This document shows positions 24,107 through 38,139 of a DNA stretch of 64,000 bases, in pieces. Position 1 is the stretch's first letter, and each line of letters starts with the position of its first letter. The DNA lies in assembly GCA_951406725.2 (NCBI GenBank), contig OX597817.1, positions 158,906,001 through 158,970,000 of the forward strand. The letters run 5' to 3'. The stretch comes from Octopus vulgaris. Its lineage: Eukaryota. A model generated the notes under the pieces. That model saw nothing but the letters and a program-made list of their open reading frames with translations. It was not told the origin of the DNA and searched no databases. The position numbers were made by a program, and so were the translations under genes.

Positions 24107-25591
24107 CTACTGCTGAGGCCAGGAGGACACCGTTTAAGTGTCCACTTTAATACTCAACACACCCTCACTCTTTTGTAGTCTCCTCACCTACTTGTATCAT
24201 CCATCAACTACATACTGTTATATATTTTCCCATCATTATTCAACCCACTTTGAAATTTTACTGTTGTAGTTTGCATGCCTTGTTCACCTTATCTGTTAGC
24301 CTTCATCATATCCAGATCAACAAATGGATTAAACAGCTCACTTTGTTGTTTCTGCTTAAAACCCTTAGTACCAAACCTTTTATTTCGCCAACTATAACGT
24401 CTCTTCTGCAACGCTGCCTCCTGTGTATTTATCCACTTTATATTCTAAATCATAATTAGGTAACTTTCATTATCAGCATATTTAATCAGCTTTTACTTTT
24501 AAAAATCTTACATTGAAAACACTTCAAACTTAACTTTTTATTTCATTTAAAATTAAGTTTTGAAGGGTAAAACTCCCCAACAAAAATCTTTTTTTTCTCT
24601 CCATCAGAAGAATGATTATTTATTCCTCTGTTGCACTTTATCTCAGATTGTGTGTTGAAGATAGGATTAAATTTAGCATTCAAGAACAGAGATGGTCTCC
24701 CTGATAAGCATCCGCACAGTTTCCATCTACCAGATTTCACTCAGAAGGCTTTTGGTCAATCTGAAGCTGTGGTAGCAGATACATGTCTAAGATGCCATAC
24801 AGTGGGATTGAACCTTCAACCACATAGTTGCAAAACAGATTTATTAACTGCACATGGATAATGTAACTCAGCCTTGATGCAAGTGTACACTTATCAAAAC
24901 AAGAAAATGAAATGTTATATAATTGGCTTATTAATGGTCAAAATGATTACTAACCAAATTATGTGATCCAACTCATTATATTTCACCCTCTTCTGCATTA
25001 CCTGCCTCTTCTCTTTGCTGTTAATCAAATACTCATTTACCGATCTGTAAGAACATGAGAATATTCATAGAATCATCCATCTTTATTCCCTTCACCTTTC
25101 CATTTCAATGTAATGTAACTTCCCACCGCCACCTTATACATGGTGTGTTATTCCTGATAAATTCCATTTAGGTCTTACAATCTCAACTTTCTGTAGTTCT
25201 TCTAAGAGTCATTTTGTAAATAAAAAAAAATACAACTGATATAAGTGGGTGGAGCAAACTGCAGAATCAGTAGAGCATGGACAAAATACCTGTAGTATTT
25301 TGGTTATCTCTATGTTTTGAGTTCAAACCCCACTCAGGTCCACTTTGCCTTTCATTCTTCCATAGTTGATAAAACATGTACTTAGGTTGATGTAATCAGC
25401 TTTGTCCTGGAAGGTGGTGCCCCAGCATGGCCACAGTCCAATGATTAAAACCAGTTAAAGAATTAATGGAAGGAATATAGTAAGAAATTCTGTGATATTA
25501 ATTAATTGGTGCTACTGTATGGTGGGGTTTTTTGCACCATATGTAGTCTATATTGCTGATCTTCTTTTCTTGTGCTTGTTGCAGCAACCAT

Positions 25592-25622
<31 letters not shown>

Positions 25623-26052
25623 CTTCCTCTCCATCTTTCTCTTTCTCCCCACCTCTTACTTTCTCTCTCTCGCTCTCTCCCCTATCTCTTTCTCTTTCTC
25701 CCCCTCTCTGTCACACACACACACACACACACAAAATATGCAGTCCTCCAATATGCATGGACCCACAATTTCTGAAAACAGACCAAGCATTCCAAGCTCT
25801 TTGAACCTTCTTTATACAGTACTAACTACCCCAAACCAAACTCCATCTATCCAGCTTTCTTAACTGAGAACCCTCCTCCTCTTCCCATCAGGTTTTTGTG
25901 CAGTCCTCTGCTTCCCCCTCAGACATATACAATAAAAATATTTTTGCTTTCCTTTTTCGTGGCATTTTAAAAAATTATTCTAAGTATTCATTAATGCCAT
26001 TGTAGATTCAGATTAACTAGTGTCTCAAATTAGTTTTATTTGTTAAGTTCAT

Positions 26053-26282
26053 TTAACCCTTTCGTTACTCTATTTATTTTGAGATGCTCTGTGTTTCTTT
26101 CAGTTTATTTTAAATATAACAAAGAATTTAGTAAAATAACTTAGTTATCATTAATCTAGTGTTATCAACATAAATTCTGACTAAGGTTTGGTGGAAGATT
26201 TTAATTCAAAACTTATATAAACAAGGCATTTGTGCTACAGAGCCAGAGCTGGTTTCAGCCGGGTTGGTAACGAAAGGGTTAA
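26053..26282. mobile_element. piggyBac-type MITE, intact
   Basis: TTAA|CCCTTTCGTTAC...GTAACGAAAGGG|TTAA. Confidence 0.9.
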
Positions 26283-26375
26283 AGAAAAAATAAGTAAAGG
26301 AACAAAGTCACCTAAATCAGAATACGTCCTAAATATGAAGGTGTCATAAAGACAAAAGTTACAAATACTTCTTTT

Positions 26376-26524
26376 CACTAGTGTAGCTTGTGGGGCACAG
26401 TAGGGGCAGTCCACCCCAGGTGGCACTTTTGGGTCTGCTGTAGGCAATATGTGTTTTTGTTGGGTCCAGTGGGTGGCAAACTGGAGGGCTGCCCCGAGCG
26501 ACACACACGCTAGCTATGCTAGTG
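26376..26524. mobile_element. hAT-like MITE with 8-bp TSD
   Basis: TIR CACTAGTGTAGCT / AGCTATGCTAGTG. CTTCTTTT duplicated at 26368-26375 and 26525-26532. Confidence 0.75.
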
Positions 26525-28852
26525 CTTCTTTTTTAAATAATTATCTGGTGCAAACTTATTTCTGATATATGACTCAACTTTAGTATTTTTAAATGTCATA
26601 TCCAACTAGTTTGAGTGCTTAGGGGAAAATATGAAATTTTCAGTTTCCCATTGCTCATTTTTTTAACAATTTGCTCCTTGCTGCTTATGTAAAATAATAT
26701 GCTATATAAAGAAAAGGATATGATAAAAATTGTCATCACCCTTTTATATCTGCTTCCCATATTGGCTTAGATTGGACAGGTCATCACTGTCTGGGTTAGA
26801 TCCTATTCAGAATTACTGCCTTCCTAGACAAATCAGAGGCCCATATCTTACATTTTGTTTTTATATTTGGTTTGGTTTCTATAGCTAGTTCTGTCCCCTT
26901 TCTGCCACCAACTGCTTTACAGAGTGCACTGGGATTTTTATTGTGGAACTACGAATACTCAAGAGGTTGTTATGTTCCGGCACAGTTGCATTATACTCAG
27001 TAACATAATTAGGATTTCTTTTGGGAAGGTAACGTAACTGTATGGAAAAGATATTCAATGTGTGGCCTAAAAACTGAGTTTAATTCCACTTAAGGTGTTT
27101 CCTTGGTACTTAATTCTACATAACTTCAGTTCACTTAACCGTGTAGAGTGGGTACAAGGCCTTTTAGGAGAAAGCTGGGTTGAGAACATTGATTCTACAT
27201 TTTCTCATTTTAACAACCAGGATATTAGGTACTGTTTCTCTTTGAGGAAGTTACTTTAATAAGCTATTGGTCTTTACAAGGGAAGATTTCTCTTTGTTAT
27301 TTACTATGAAAAACTAAAGTTGAGCATCAGATATATAGGTCCTTGAAATCTGAAAAGTTAATCTTTTAATAATTAACTTTGCTAGAATGAATAGTTTGTA
27401 GCACTACTTGTATCTATCTAGTTGTTCAAATGAATTAAAAATTCATTTCTGAGTCTTATATATGAATATCGTTTCACTAACTCTTCATAGAGGAAGGATA
27501 GAGCTTGTGGCTTGTTTTGGACCTTCAAGACTCAATGAGATTGCTGTTGAGTTTGAATTAGTCCAGATCTCTGGCTGATGGGAAACTGTTAACATATGAA
27601 AGATGTGTGCTTGGTGGACTATGTCATTGCTTCAGTACATGAAGGTTCAGCAAGACACGGTTTCATAACAACCATCACTCAATAACTGCCCATGTGCAGG
27701 GTCATAGTGAAAACCCCTAGTAACATCCTCCTCCTATCCCTGTCACCTCTTTCCCTTTAGCCACTGGAATTATGAAGAAAGTGTGATGGTGTTGGTGGTT
27801 GTGTCTTGGTTTGCTGAATAACTTGCACAATGAATATTATTACAGTGGGCATGGTTTGTGCAGAACCAATCCCATTCTCTCATCCTTCGGTCTTGTATTG
27901 GTCTGGTGCAACAAGTGCTACAAGTCCAGTAGTTGTCAGGGTGCAGGATTTGTATGGAATTACCTTCCCTTGGATGAGGAACTGAAGAGTCTCATCTACC
28001 CTGGGTTTATTGGGGTGTCTGTAAGTGACCTTCTTCCAAATATACATGGGTGTGTGTGTATAAGATAATGAGAGCCTCTGCATGGTCACTTGATCTGCTA
28101 GAAATAGCAGGATAATATAGTCCTAGATAAACTGTACTTGATGAATAGACAGGATGGTCATGGTTGGAATACTGAACATCATCATCATCATTGTTTAGCG
28201 TCCGTTTTCCATGCTAGCATGGGTTGAACATCAAGAGAAAAAGCGTAGGAGTGGAGGGAAGCTTGTACCTAGTCTAAATGCTTGCTAAAATATCAAATTT
28301 TTAGAGGCATCTCAGGACTAGATACTTTTGATGAATATTTTATTTGATCAGGGCTAAACAACAACACACACATGTATATGTGTGTATATATTCATAAATA
28401 CATATGTATATATGTGTTTGTATGTATATATATATATATGTGTGTGTGTATATATATGTACACAGGTTGCACCTGGCAAATGAGAATGAAGCTCAGCCCA
28501 AAGTAAAACAAAGACACCAAACAGAAAAAAATGAAAAAAACTCCTAGAAAAATGACAGGCATATTCGAGCCCAAACAATAAAGAAATAAGCTATTCAACA
28601 AAATTAACCTCAGCACCAATGAGACCCTGTCACTGTTACACAAGTGACTGCGTGTCCAAATCAGGAAGTCCAATTCACTTACCCTGCCTATAATGCCAGC
28701 CCCCATTTGAGCCTTTTTGTACCATAAGGCTGCTGCCCAGTTCTCCTTCCTCACTGGCAGTGTCTCAGAGATAGCAATTCAGAATTTCAAATCAGGATAG
28801 CTAGGACGTTACAGTATAGGCAGATGATATATTTGACCTGCCTAACAAGATA

Positions 28853-29326
28853 GGAACCCCTATCTTGCTCAGAACATTGACCTTCTGGAATCTGTCCAGA
28901 GACGTGCAACCAAATGCATACCCTCCATCAGACACCTACCATATTCTGAGCGCCTTGTTTCCCTGGGCATGGATTCACTGAAGCGACGGACTTGGTAAAC
29001 ACCCACAAAGTTATCAACCACCTCACCAACAACAACACTGAACACCTTTTTGATCTCCATGTGTCTAACACACGTGGACATGCCTACAAAGTCAGAAAAC
29101 AACACAGCTCCTATGACTTTCGGAAACATTTTTTCACGCTCAGAGTTGCTGAAGCATGGAATAAACTGCCTGTGTCAGTTGTTGACTGCCATGACACTGC
29201 ATCCTTTAAGGCCCTCATGCTTTCCGAAATCCGCCGAAACTACACCTGATTATATATACACTTTAGATAAGTTGTAGTGCACCTGAGCACTGTACACAAT
29301 TATTATTATTATTATTATTATTATTA
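28853..29326 (+). mobile_element. 5'-truncated CR1-clade LINE 3' end
   Basis: NPYLAQNIDLLESVQRRATK...YSERL...TRGHAYK...RKHFFTLRVAEAWNKLP, stop at 29249, short 3'UTR and (TAT)n tail. Confidence 0.88.
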
Positions 29327-29969
29327 GTAGTAGTAGTAGTATCTTAAGGGCCACATAATCACACAGTTTTCCTGGGTTCTGCTCGATATGAACAGCCCTC
29401 AACTCATCACCATCTTGTATCTACAGTTTTTGGGCATCACATCTAGTAGTGATCTCTGAACTACATTGAACTACTTGGTGATGGCTCTCATTTTGACCTC
29501 CTAGAGTTGTTGATGATATATTTGACCTGCCTAAAAATAATGTCTGACTACAGTTCTTTTTTTTTTTTTTCTGTTTTTTCCTGAATATGGAGGACTTGCC
29601 CACATTCATGTCCTTATGGTTCGTGGTTAGGACCATTATTATCACATGCCTTTCTCATTTTCTGTGTCAGATTAGAATCTGCTATGTTAATGTTATCAAT
29701 ACATCTGAAACAGAAACGAGGAAGTTGAAATGAGGCACATTACCCTGTACTGATATTTTAGACTCTCCTCAGATGGTGGCCTACTGAAGTTGTGCTCACA
29801 AATGTCTAGTGCACATACGTACATATATATACATGCATACCGAGTTGGCCAAAACTAAAGTGTATACATCATAAGTAGAGCAGTTGATATTCTCTCTCTG
29901 CATCTTGCTGTATTTGTGAATGTATGTATATATCTATATATACATATGTGTATGTGTGTGGATGATGTT

Positions 29970-29985
29970 GGTGTATGTATGTATG

Positions 29986-30018
<33 letters not shown>

Positions 30019-30189
30019 ATATATATATATATGTATGTATGTATATGTATGTATATATATATATATATGTATGTATGTATATGTATGTATGTATGTATAT
30101 GTATGTATGTATGTATATATATATATATATGTATGTATGTATATGTATGTATATATATATATATATGTATGTATGTATATGTATGCATG

Positions 30190-30220
<31 letters not shown>

Positions 30221-31042
30221 ATATATATATATGTATGTATGTATATATATATGTATGTATATATATATGTATGTATGTATATATATATATATGTATGTAT
30301 ATATATATGTATGTATATATATATGTATGTATATATATATATGTATGTATGTATATATATATATGTATGTATGTATATATATATATATATGTATGTATGT
30401 ATATATATATATATATGTATGTATGTATATATATATATGTATGTATGTATATATATATATGTATGTATGTATATATATATATATGTATATATATATGTAT
30501 GTATATATATATATATGTATGTATGTATATATATATATATATGTATGTATATATATATATATATGTATGTATGTATATATATATATATGTATGTATATAT
30601 ATATATATGTATGTATATATATATGTATGTATGTATATATATATGTATGTATGTATATATATATATATGTATGTATGTATATATATATATATGTATGTAT
30701 GTATATATATATATATGTATGTATATATATATATATGTATGTATATATATATATATGTATGTATTTATATATATATGTATGTATATATATATGTGTGTGT
30801 ATGTATATATATATGTGTGTGTATGTATGTATATATATATGTGTGTGTATGTATGTATATATATGTGTGTATGTGTATGTATGTATATATATATATATTT
30901 ATGTATGTATATATATATGTGTGTGTGTATATATGTATGTGTATGTATATATGTATATATATATATATATATATTTGTGTATGTATATATACGTATGCAT
31001 ATATGTGTGTATGTATGTATATGTGTGTGTGTGTGTGTGTAT
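29970..31042. repeat. ~1.07-kb (TA)n/(TATG)n/(TG)n compound microsatellite
   Basis: Directly visible. Source of the long Y/I/C/M/V ORFs. Confidence 0.98.
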
Positions 31043-33585
31043 AGACACACACACGACCAAACCCTTGTGAGTGGATTTGATAGACAGAAACTGAAAGAAG
31101 CCTGTCGTATATATGTATATATATATTTATATATATATATGTGTGTGTGTGTATGTTTGTGTGTCTGTTTGTCCCTCCCAACATCGCTTGACAACTAATG
31201 GTGGTGTGTTTACATTCCCGTAACTTAGCGGTTCAGCAAAAGAGACCGATAGAATAAGTACTAGGCTTACAAAGAATAAGTCCTGGGGTCGGTTTACTTG
31301 ACTAAAGGTGGTGCTCCAGCATGGCTGCAGTCAAATGACTGAAACAAGTAAAAGAGAGAATAGTGAATTGGTAGAATCGCTGGCACACAGAGCAAAGTGC
31401 TTAGTGGCATTTTGTCTGTCTTTATGTTCTGAGTTCAAATTCTGCCGAGGTCGACTTTGCCATTCATCCTTTTGGGGCTGATAAAATAGGTACCAGTCGA
31501 GGACTGGGATCGGTGTAATCCCCCAAATTGCTGGCCTTGTGCCAAAATTTAAAACCAATATTACTTAATGCTTCTTTACTAGTATCTGATATAATACTAA
31601 TCACCTTCATCAATGCACTTCTATGTAACACCTGCACTAAAACTGCTATGTACAATCAGTAATCACTTCATCCTTTTGATATTTACCATAAAATGTCCTT
31701 AAAGTAAATAATTCAAAAACAAAGACTGGGCTGCAGAACTGCTCTTTGAAAAAAGGGGTTTATAATTACATGTTTCTCTACCTTGTATTTTTTTTCTTCT
31801 GGAGATGCTGATAGGTATATGTATCTTGGGAGGGTCGTTATGCCAATATAAACATGCACACACACACTGGTTCTGTTTCACTTTGTTTTTTTTTTATTTG
31901 TAAATTGGTTAACTACATTATCAGTTAATTAATCAAGTGTTTGATTAATCATTCTGGTCAATCAATCAATCAACTTTGTCAATGCCTTTTTTTTGTTGCT
32001 ATGCATGACCTCGTCAGTGACATACCCTCTCTACACCAGGTCTGCTTCTGGTCTTTCTGACTGTCTGTCTGTTAGGACAGATATAATGACCCTCTCATGA
32101 TACAACAAAACATATTTCAATACACAAGTTCACATCAAGAATCTTGCAAACCACATACAAAAGTTAGTAGGTTGAACCATCTAATGTTGTGACCATAAGC
32201 TCCTTTAAGGTGATGATGAACTCAATTAAGAAGATAGTATCAAATAAACCCACTGAGTTGAAAAGATTTCTTAAGGGATCAGCTGAGTTCAGTTTATGGG
32301 TAGTTGTTTAACTTGGAGACAGGGCCATCTTAAGCAACATTATAGACCCTTCAGCAAACTAATCCACTGGACTTTATAGAATATATCTGTTAATAGCAAG
32401 GCACAGCATATACATCAGAATTCGACCCCTAGGCCCGTGAGGCCTCTGGGCAACTGCCTACTGTGCCCTGTTTGGTGGAATTGTGGCTCAATTAATTAGG
32501 TTGTAAGTTTATCTAAGAGTTTATTGGTTAAAATAGCTCAACTGTTAATTCACCAGCAAAGAGAATAGTTGGTGGAGATACTGAGCTGTCATTTTGAATT
32601 ATTGAGCATTTAACTGAGGTAATGGTCAGCTAGTTGACTAAATAGTAAACAAACTAGGTTACTGAAGATTTTACATAATGAATTGTCACTTGACATTTAG
32701 TTAAGCTGGGATCAATCTGATATATTTACTAGTAAAGTGACAGCTGGGCTATTAACTAATAAAGTGGCCATTATCTGAAGTAAGAGAAATTGACTTAGCT
32801 ATTTGTTACTACTGTAGCCATAATCTTGTGAAATTAATTTTTCTAGATCAACTGATTCTTTATCTTGATGTGTTCAAAGAAAGGTCAAATCCTCAACAAA
32901 TTTGGATGACCCTAAGATGCATAGAATAATAAAATATTTGACCTAGACTCTGAATTTTTAACCTCTGCATGTGTGTGTGTATGTATTTGCATGTGTGCGT
33001 GTGTGTTTGCATGTGTATGTGCATATGTGTTGGTGTTTTGAGAGTGTAGTTAAGGTATTTGACTCATGGCTCCATCCATATGCAAACCAGGGTTTCAAAA
33101 CCCAGTCAAGATATTTTACGAAGTTTCTTATTACCACCACCGTCCATTTTCATCTCTTTCACTGACCATTCAGTACAGCAAAAACAAACTAACAAAAAAA
33201 AGGTCGTATCTTGACCACTGGTTAAAGTACATCTCAGTCCAACCAACAGTGGTGGAATCTAAGCTAAATGGTTGTATTCTTCACTTTTGGGAAGAGGAAT
33301 TTTTTTTTTTCTTGACCTTTTGAGATTTGGTTGTGACTGTTTTGAAGTTATTTTGTAGTTGTACCACAAGCGAAAGGACATTCCCATAGCTTTCTGCTTA
33401 CAATTTAATATTCAAATTATTTAACTTCATCACTTAATCTATGTATATGTTATTTCTTTACATATATTTGTTTGTCCGTTTGTTTTGGAATGTTCTTCAG
33501 ACAATAAATCATATATAGTTCTGAAATAATCCATGTTGATCGAGTTGTTATTGTTGTTGTTGTTATTATTATTATTATTATTATT

Positions 33586-33618
<33 letters not shown>

Positions 33619-34004
33619 TTGTATCTGTGTGTCACACCAACCTCACTTTACTCTCCTTTTTCATAACTATGTCATTTCCTGCTACCCTGCATTACATCAA
33701 CACATTTTTACATCAATATAACCTCCTGTTTCTGATGTTTTTAACATACCTTTTCAACATTATAACCCACGACCTGTTCCACTACACTTTTGAAGGCCTG
33801 TCAAATAAAGCAGGTAAGAGTTGATGAAGGAATACCATAAGTATATATGGCTGTGTAATAAAAAAAATCTCGCTTTGCATCCATATGGTTTTGGGTCAGA
33901 CCCATTGTGTTCCACTTTGGGCAAGTTTCTTCTATTATACTCCAGAGCCAACCAATGCCTTCCGAAAGAATTTGGTAGACAGAAACTGTGTGGAAGTTTG
34001 CAAT

Positions 34005-34412
34005 ATCATCATCATCATCATCATCATTGTTTAACATGGATCGGACAATTTGACTGAGGACTTGCGAACCAGATGGCTGCACCGGGCTCCAATCTGATCT
34101 GGCAGTGTTTCTACAGCTGGATGCCCTTCCTAATGCCAACCATTCCGAGAGTGTAGTGGGTGCTTTTACGTGCCACTGGCACGAGGGCCAGTCAAGCGGT
34201 ACTGGCAACAGCCACGCTCAAATGGTGCTTTTTACGTGCCACCTGCACAGGAGCCAGTACAGTGGCACTGGCAACGACCTCACTCAAATGTTTTTAAACA
34301 TGCCACCAGCACAAGTGCCAGTAAGGCGACACTGGTAACGATCACGCTCGAATGATGCTTTTTGCGTGCCACTGGCACAGAAGCCAGTTTGCTGCTCTGG
34401 CAACGATCACGT
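34005..34412 (-). mobile_element. RTE-type tail nested in a minus-strand CORE-like SINE region
   Basis: (CAT)n plus reverse-complement core and units. Confidence 0.7.
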
Positions 34413-34920
34413 ACCCAGAACCATGTGGCTGGGAAGCAAGCTTCATACCACACGGTGCATACAAATAATCATCATCATCATCATTTAATGTCTATGTTCC
34501 ATGCTGACATGGTTTGGATGGTTTGACCAGGATCCAGTGAATTCAAGGACCATGATGTGCTCCACTGTCTGTGTTGGCATGGTTTCTATGGCTCAATACT
34601 CTTCCTGACACCAACCGGTTTACAATGTGTACTGGGTGCTTTTTTTGTGCCTCTGACACTATTATGGTTATCATGTAGCTCACAAATCTACAAACCTGAG
34701 GAGATGGGGTACATTCTTACATTAGATGGGGTTAAAATACGAGGGAAAAGGTTGGGGTAGAGCAGGCTCCTGTTGTAGGTATATATGCATATATATATGT
34801 TTGTGTGTATTTATTTATATACATAAATATAAAATTCATATATCTGTGTGTGTGTGTGTGTGTGTGTAGATTTTTGTAAGTATATGTTTACACATGGAAG
34901 TATACATATACACTTGTTTA

Positions 34921-34963
<43 letters not shown>

Positions 34964-35342
34964 AGCCAGACCAAAGGTCAGTTTTGATTTTGTGTTGAAT
35001 AACAGATGAAAGTTCAGCAACATTTCTGAATGAAGTGTTTACATCAGATTTATTATTGGATGGATAAACACTATCACTATTGTTACGAGCAACAACAATA
35101 ACCCATAACTAACTGCACAACAAACGCCTGCAACAATAACAATCACTACTACCAACAACACCACAACTGCTACTAACAACACAACTACCACTTACAACAA
35201 CTTGACCAATAGAAGTGACCCAAGCATAGTTGCTTGAACTGCCAGAAATAACAAAATTTTTTTCTCCTACTCCTACACTCTTTAAAAAAGGGTGTCATGA
35301 TTATTAGCTCATTGTCATACAACAGTTCCTGTATGCCAAGTA

Positions 35343-35855
35343 CCATAAATCCTCGAGTATAGTCCGCCCTTGAGTATAATATGCAGGGGATTTTTAGGGG
35401 ACTGTACCTCTGAAAAACCTAAACCTTGTGTATAATACGCACCCCTTCTCTAACTTGAGTCAAGGAGCTCTATATAACATCCTTGGTTTGTAGGATTGTA
35501 TATGGTAACATCCTTTATTATTATTGTATATATAACATAATGCAAACATGTAGCCTTTTTTGTGCACTTTGCTTGCAGAAAATAAAGAAATAACAGTAAT
35601 AATGTTTAATAAATGTTGCTTACTGCAAGTTATGGATGATTCTTTTATGACTTCATTGCTTTCAGGCTTAGCTTAAGGTATATTCGCTCCCGACATCACA
35701 AAATGCATCTGAATAAACATTGCCGGACAGCAAATAGAGAGTCGGACATTGCTTAGAAAATAATTTTCATTTTTAACCTCGTATATAGTACGCACTAGGG
35801 ATTTTGACCTTTAAATTTTGGGGAAAAAATGTGGATTATACTCGAGGATTTACAG
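35343..35855. mobile_element. pogo/Tc1-like non-autonomous DNA transposon
   Basis: TA|CCATAAATCCTCGAGTATAGTCCGC ... GTGGATTATACTCGAGGATTTACAG|TA TIRs with TA flanks. Confidence 0.8.
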
Positions 35856-35989
35856 TAGTTGGTCTTAAACTCCACATTTTGTAGCTTGGAGGACTCTAAT
35901 AAATAGTAGAGGACTGAGTGCTAAACTCTGATGGACACTAAGTTTGTAACTGAAATTGCTACTAAGTCTCATTTTACTGACAGCACCCT

Positions 35990-36800
35990 TTGTACACAGC
36001 TTGCATGGCTCTCACATTCATCTACCCTTAGTGTTTTTCAGTGATCGCCTGACTACAAAATATGAAACCTTATGAAAGATCTTCTCCAGCTTGATGAATG
36101 CAAGATAGAATGGATCACTTCTAGCCAACTACTTTTCCTTTAGTTGTGTCACTAGGGAGAGGGCATTGGTGGTACTATACCTATTTCTTTACTACCCACA
36201 AGGGGCTAAACACAGAGAGGACAAACAAGGACAGACAAACGGATTAAGTCGATTATATCGACCCCAGTTTGTAGCTGGTACTTAATTTATTGACCTTGAA
36301 AGGATGAAAGGCAAAGTCGACCTCGGCGGAATTTGAACTCAGAACGTAACGGCAGACGAAATATGGCTACGCATTTCGCCCAGCGTGCTAACGATTCTGC
36401 CAGCTCACTGCCTTGATACCTTGGTGGTACTATACCATCCTGACACAAGCCTGAGCTGTGCTTCATTGAGGCTTATTCTCTTTCTAATCAATTGTGTGTT
36501 TTTCAATGCCTTTCATAACTTATTCCATCAATATGAAACCTCTGTAGCTGCTTCTCCCCAGAGCATCGTTGTTCGTTTGTAAAGGATGGTACTGTTACGC
36601 CATATGTTGGACATGACATCTCCTGTACTACCTAGGTGGCTATGTGAGTGACTAGTATGAAATCTACTTCATATATTCTCAGCAGCCCAAGAACTGTCCC
36701 TGATTGTCTCGTTACCTTTCCATTATTCATGTTCTTAATTGCATTTTCAACTGCACTGCAATCGTTTTCAATGATGGCCTCTTTGTTGGATCTAGTTGGA
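35990..36800 (-). mobile_element. Decayed RTE-clade LINE reverse-transcriptase region
   Basis: Minus-strand pieces VENAIKNMNNGK, DALGRSSYRG, QLIRKRISLNEAQ and STTNALSLVTQLKEK*LARSDPFYLAFIKLEK resemble RTE RT 'STTDAIF.VRQLQEK...LAFVDLEKAFD'. Confidence 0.72.
36182..36414 (-). mobile_element. Meta/MESC-like SINE inserted into the RTE remnant, with 16-bp TSD
   Basis: TTGGTGGTACTATACC at 36166-36181 and 36421-36436. Confidence 0.88.
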
Positions 36801-37136
36801 GTGGCCATCTTTCTGTCTTATGCCTCATTCAATAACCTCTTATAGTTGCATTTCCATGCTTCTTTGTTTTTTTTTTTTTCATTTCAAACTTAGTGAAATC
36901 AAGTTAATTACATTCATTCTATACCCACTTCTCTCCATTTACATTTTGATCCTCTCTGACACTGGAATACTTCAGGTTTCTGATCCACATAGTATTGCAG
37001 AGCATGAGCAAATCATTAACTTTCAGTTTCTCTTCTCACAAAGCATAACTGATATCTAACTTCTCTTCCAGCTACTAGACATTATTTTTACTTGTAAACA
37101 GTGCATACTATCACTCTGAGTTATTTCACTTAGCTC

Positions 37137-37189
<53 letters not shown>

Positions 37190-37257
37190 CGGAGATGTAC
37201 TTGCATAGCAAGAAATTTGATCCAAGATCATGTGCTGAAACACACACACATACATAT

Positions 37258-37796
37258 TGGTTTGGTCATGGGATGTGTATGGATGAGGACAGCTGCATAA
37301 AAAAAGTGCCAATCATTAATTGTGAAGGGAACCTGTGGAAGGGGTAGAGCCAGGAAGATATGGAATAAGGTGGTGAGAAAGGAGCCTCACTGATGAGTTA
37401 ACGAGGCCCTGAGACTTCTGCTGATTTGTTGTGCTTGAGATGACATGTCAAGCTAAGTAAAACTATAGCTATCCATGCATACAGGTAGGACCTTTACAGC
37501 CTGTATCAGTGCCAAGTAAAAAACACTTGTGCTGATTCCATATAAGAAGCACTTGTGCAGGCACCACATAGTGAGCACTCATGCCAGTGCTACGTTAAAA
37601 GCACCCATACAGGTGCCACATAAAAAAGCAAACTGCACATTCTGTAGAGTGGTTGGCATTAGGAAGGGCATCCAGCCATAGAAACCATATCAAAACAGAC
37701 AAATGGAGCCTGATCAGATCTCCAGCTGGCTAGCTACTGTCAAACTGTCCAACTCCATGCCAGCATGGAAAGCAGGCATTAAATGATGATGATGAT
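37258..37796 (+). mobile_element. RTE LINE ORF 3' end continuous with the abundant (GAT)n tail (duplicate at ~44262-44803)
   Basis: WFGHGMCMDEDSCIKK..CQSLIVKGTCGRGRARKIW matches the RTE 'WFGHV.R...GRGRP.K.W' motif and runs into the unit array and core. Confidence 0.8.
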
Positions 37797-37876
37797 AAAG
37801 AATATATACATACATATATATATATATAGTGTTAGAATGAGCATAAAAAAATATATTGAAAACGATAGATGCATTT

Positions 37877-37926
37877 AAACATACTATTTCAAGAAATCTA
37901 TAATTAGACATCATTCATCAGTGTCT
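37877..37926 (-). ncRNA. Hammerhead-like motif with canonical core (duplicate 44884-44933)
   Basis: Minus strand AGACA CTGATGA A TGATGTCTA-ATTA-TAGATTTCTT GAAA TA GTA TGTTT: stem I AGACA/TGTTT, imperfect stem II, very short stem III. Confidence 0.4.
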
Positions 37927-38108
37927 CTCCATGGAGAGATACTGAGTAATGCTAATTGCCTAATTATAGATGAGAATATAACAGGATGTCTAAATCGACT
38001 TAAAGTGCAGGTATCCTTTCATATATATATTTATATTTGTTTATACATACATACATATATGTATATATAAATATATGTGTGTGTGTGTGTGTGTGTATTT
38101 TTCCTTTG

Positions 38109-38139
<31 letters not shown>

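Noticed and set aside
27700-28089. Short ORFs here and at ~52000-52480 and 55030-55340, possibly decayed LINE ORF1
   Set aside because: No motif clear enough to support a call.
29869-31198. 374-441 aa YIYI/MYVC ORFs
   Set aside because: TA/TG microsatellite lacking stop codons.
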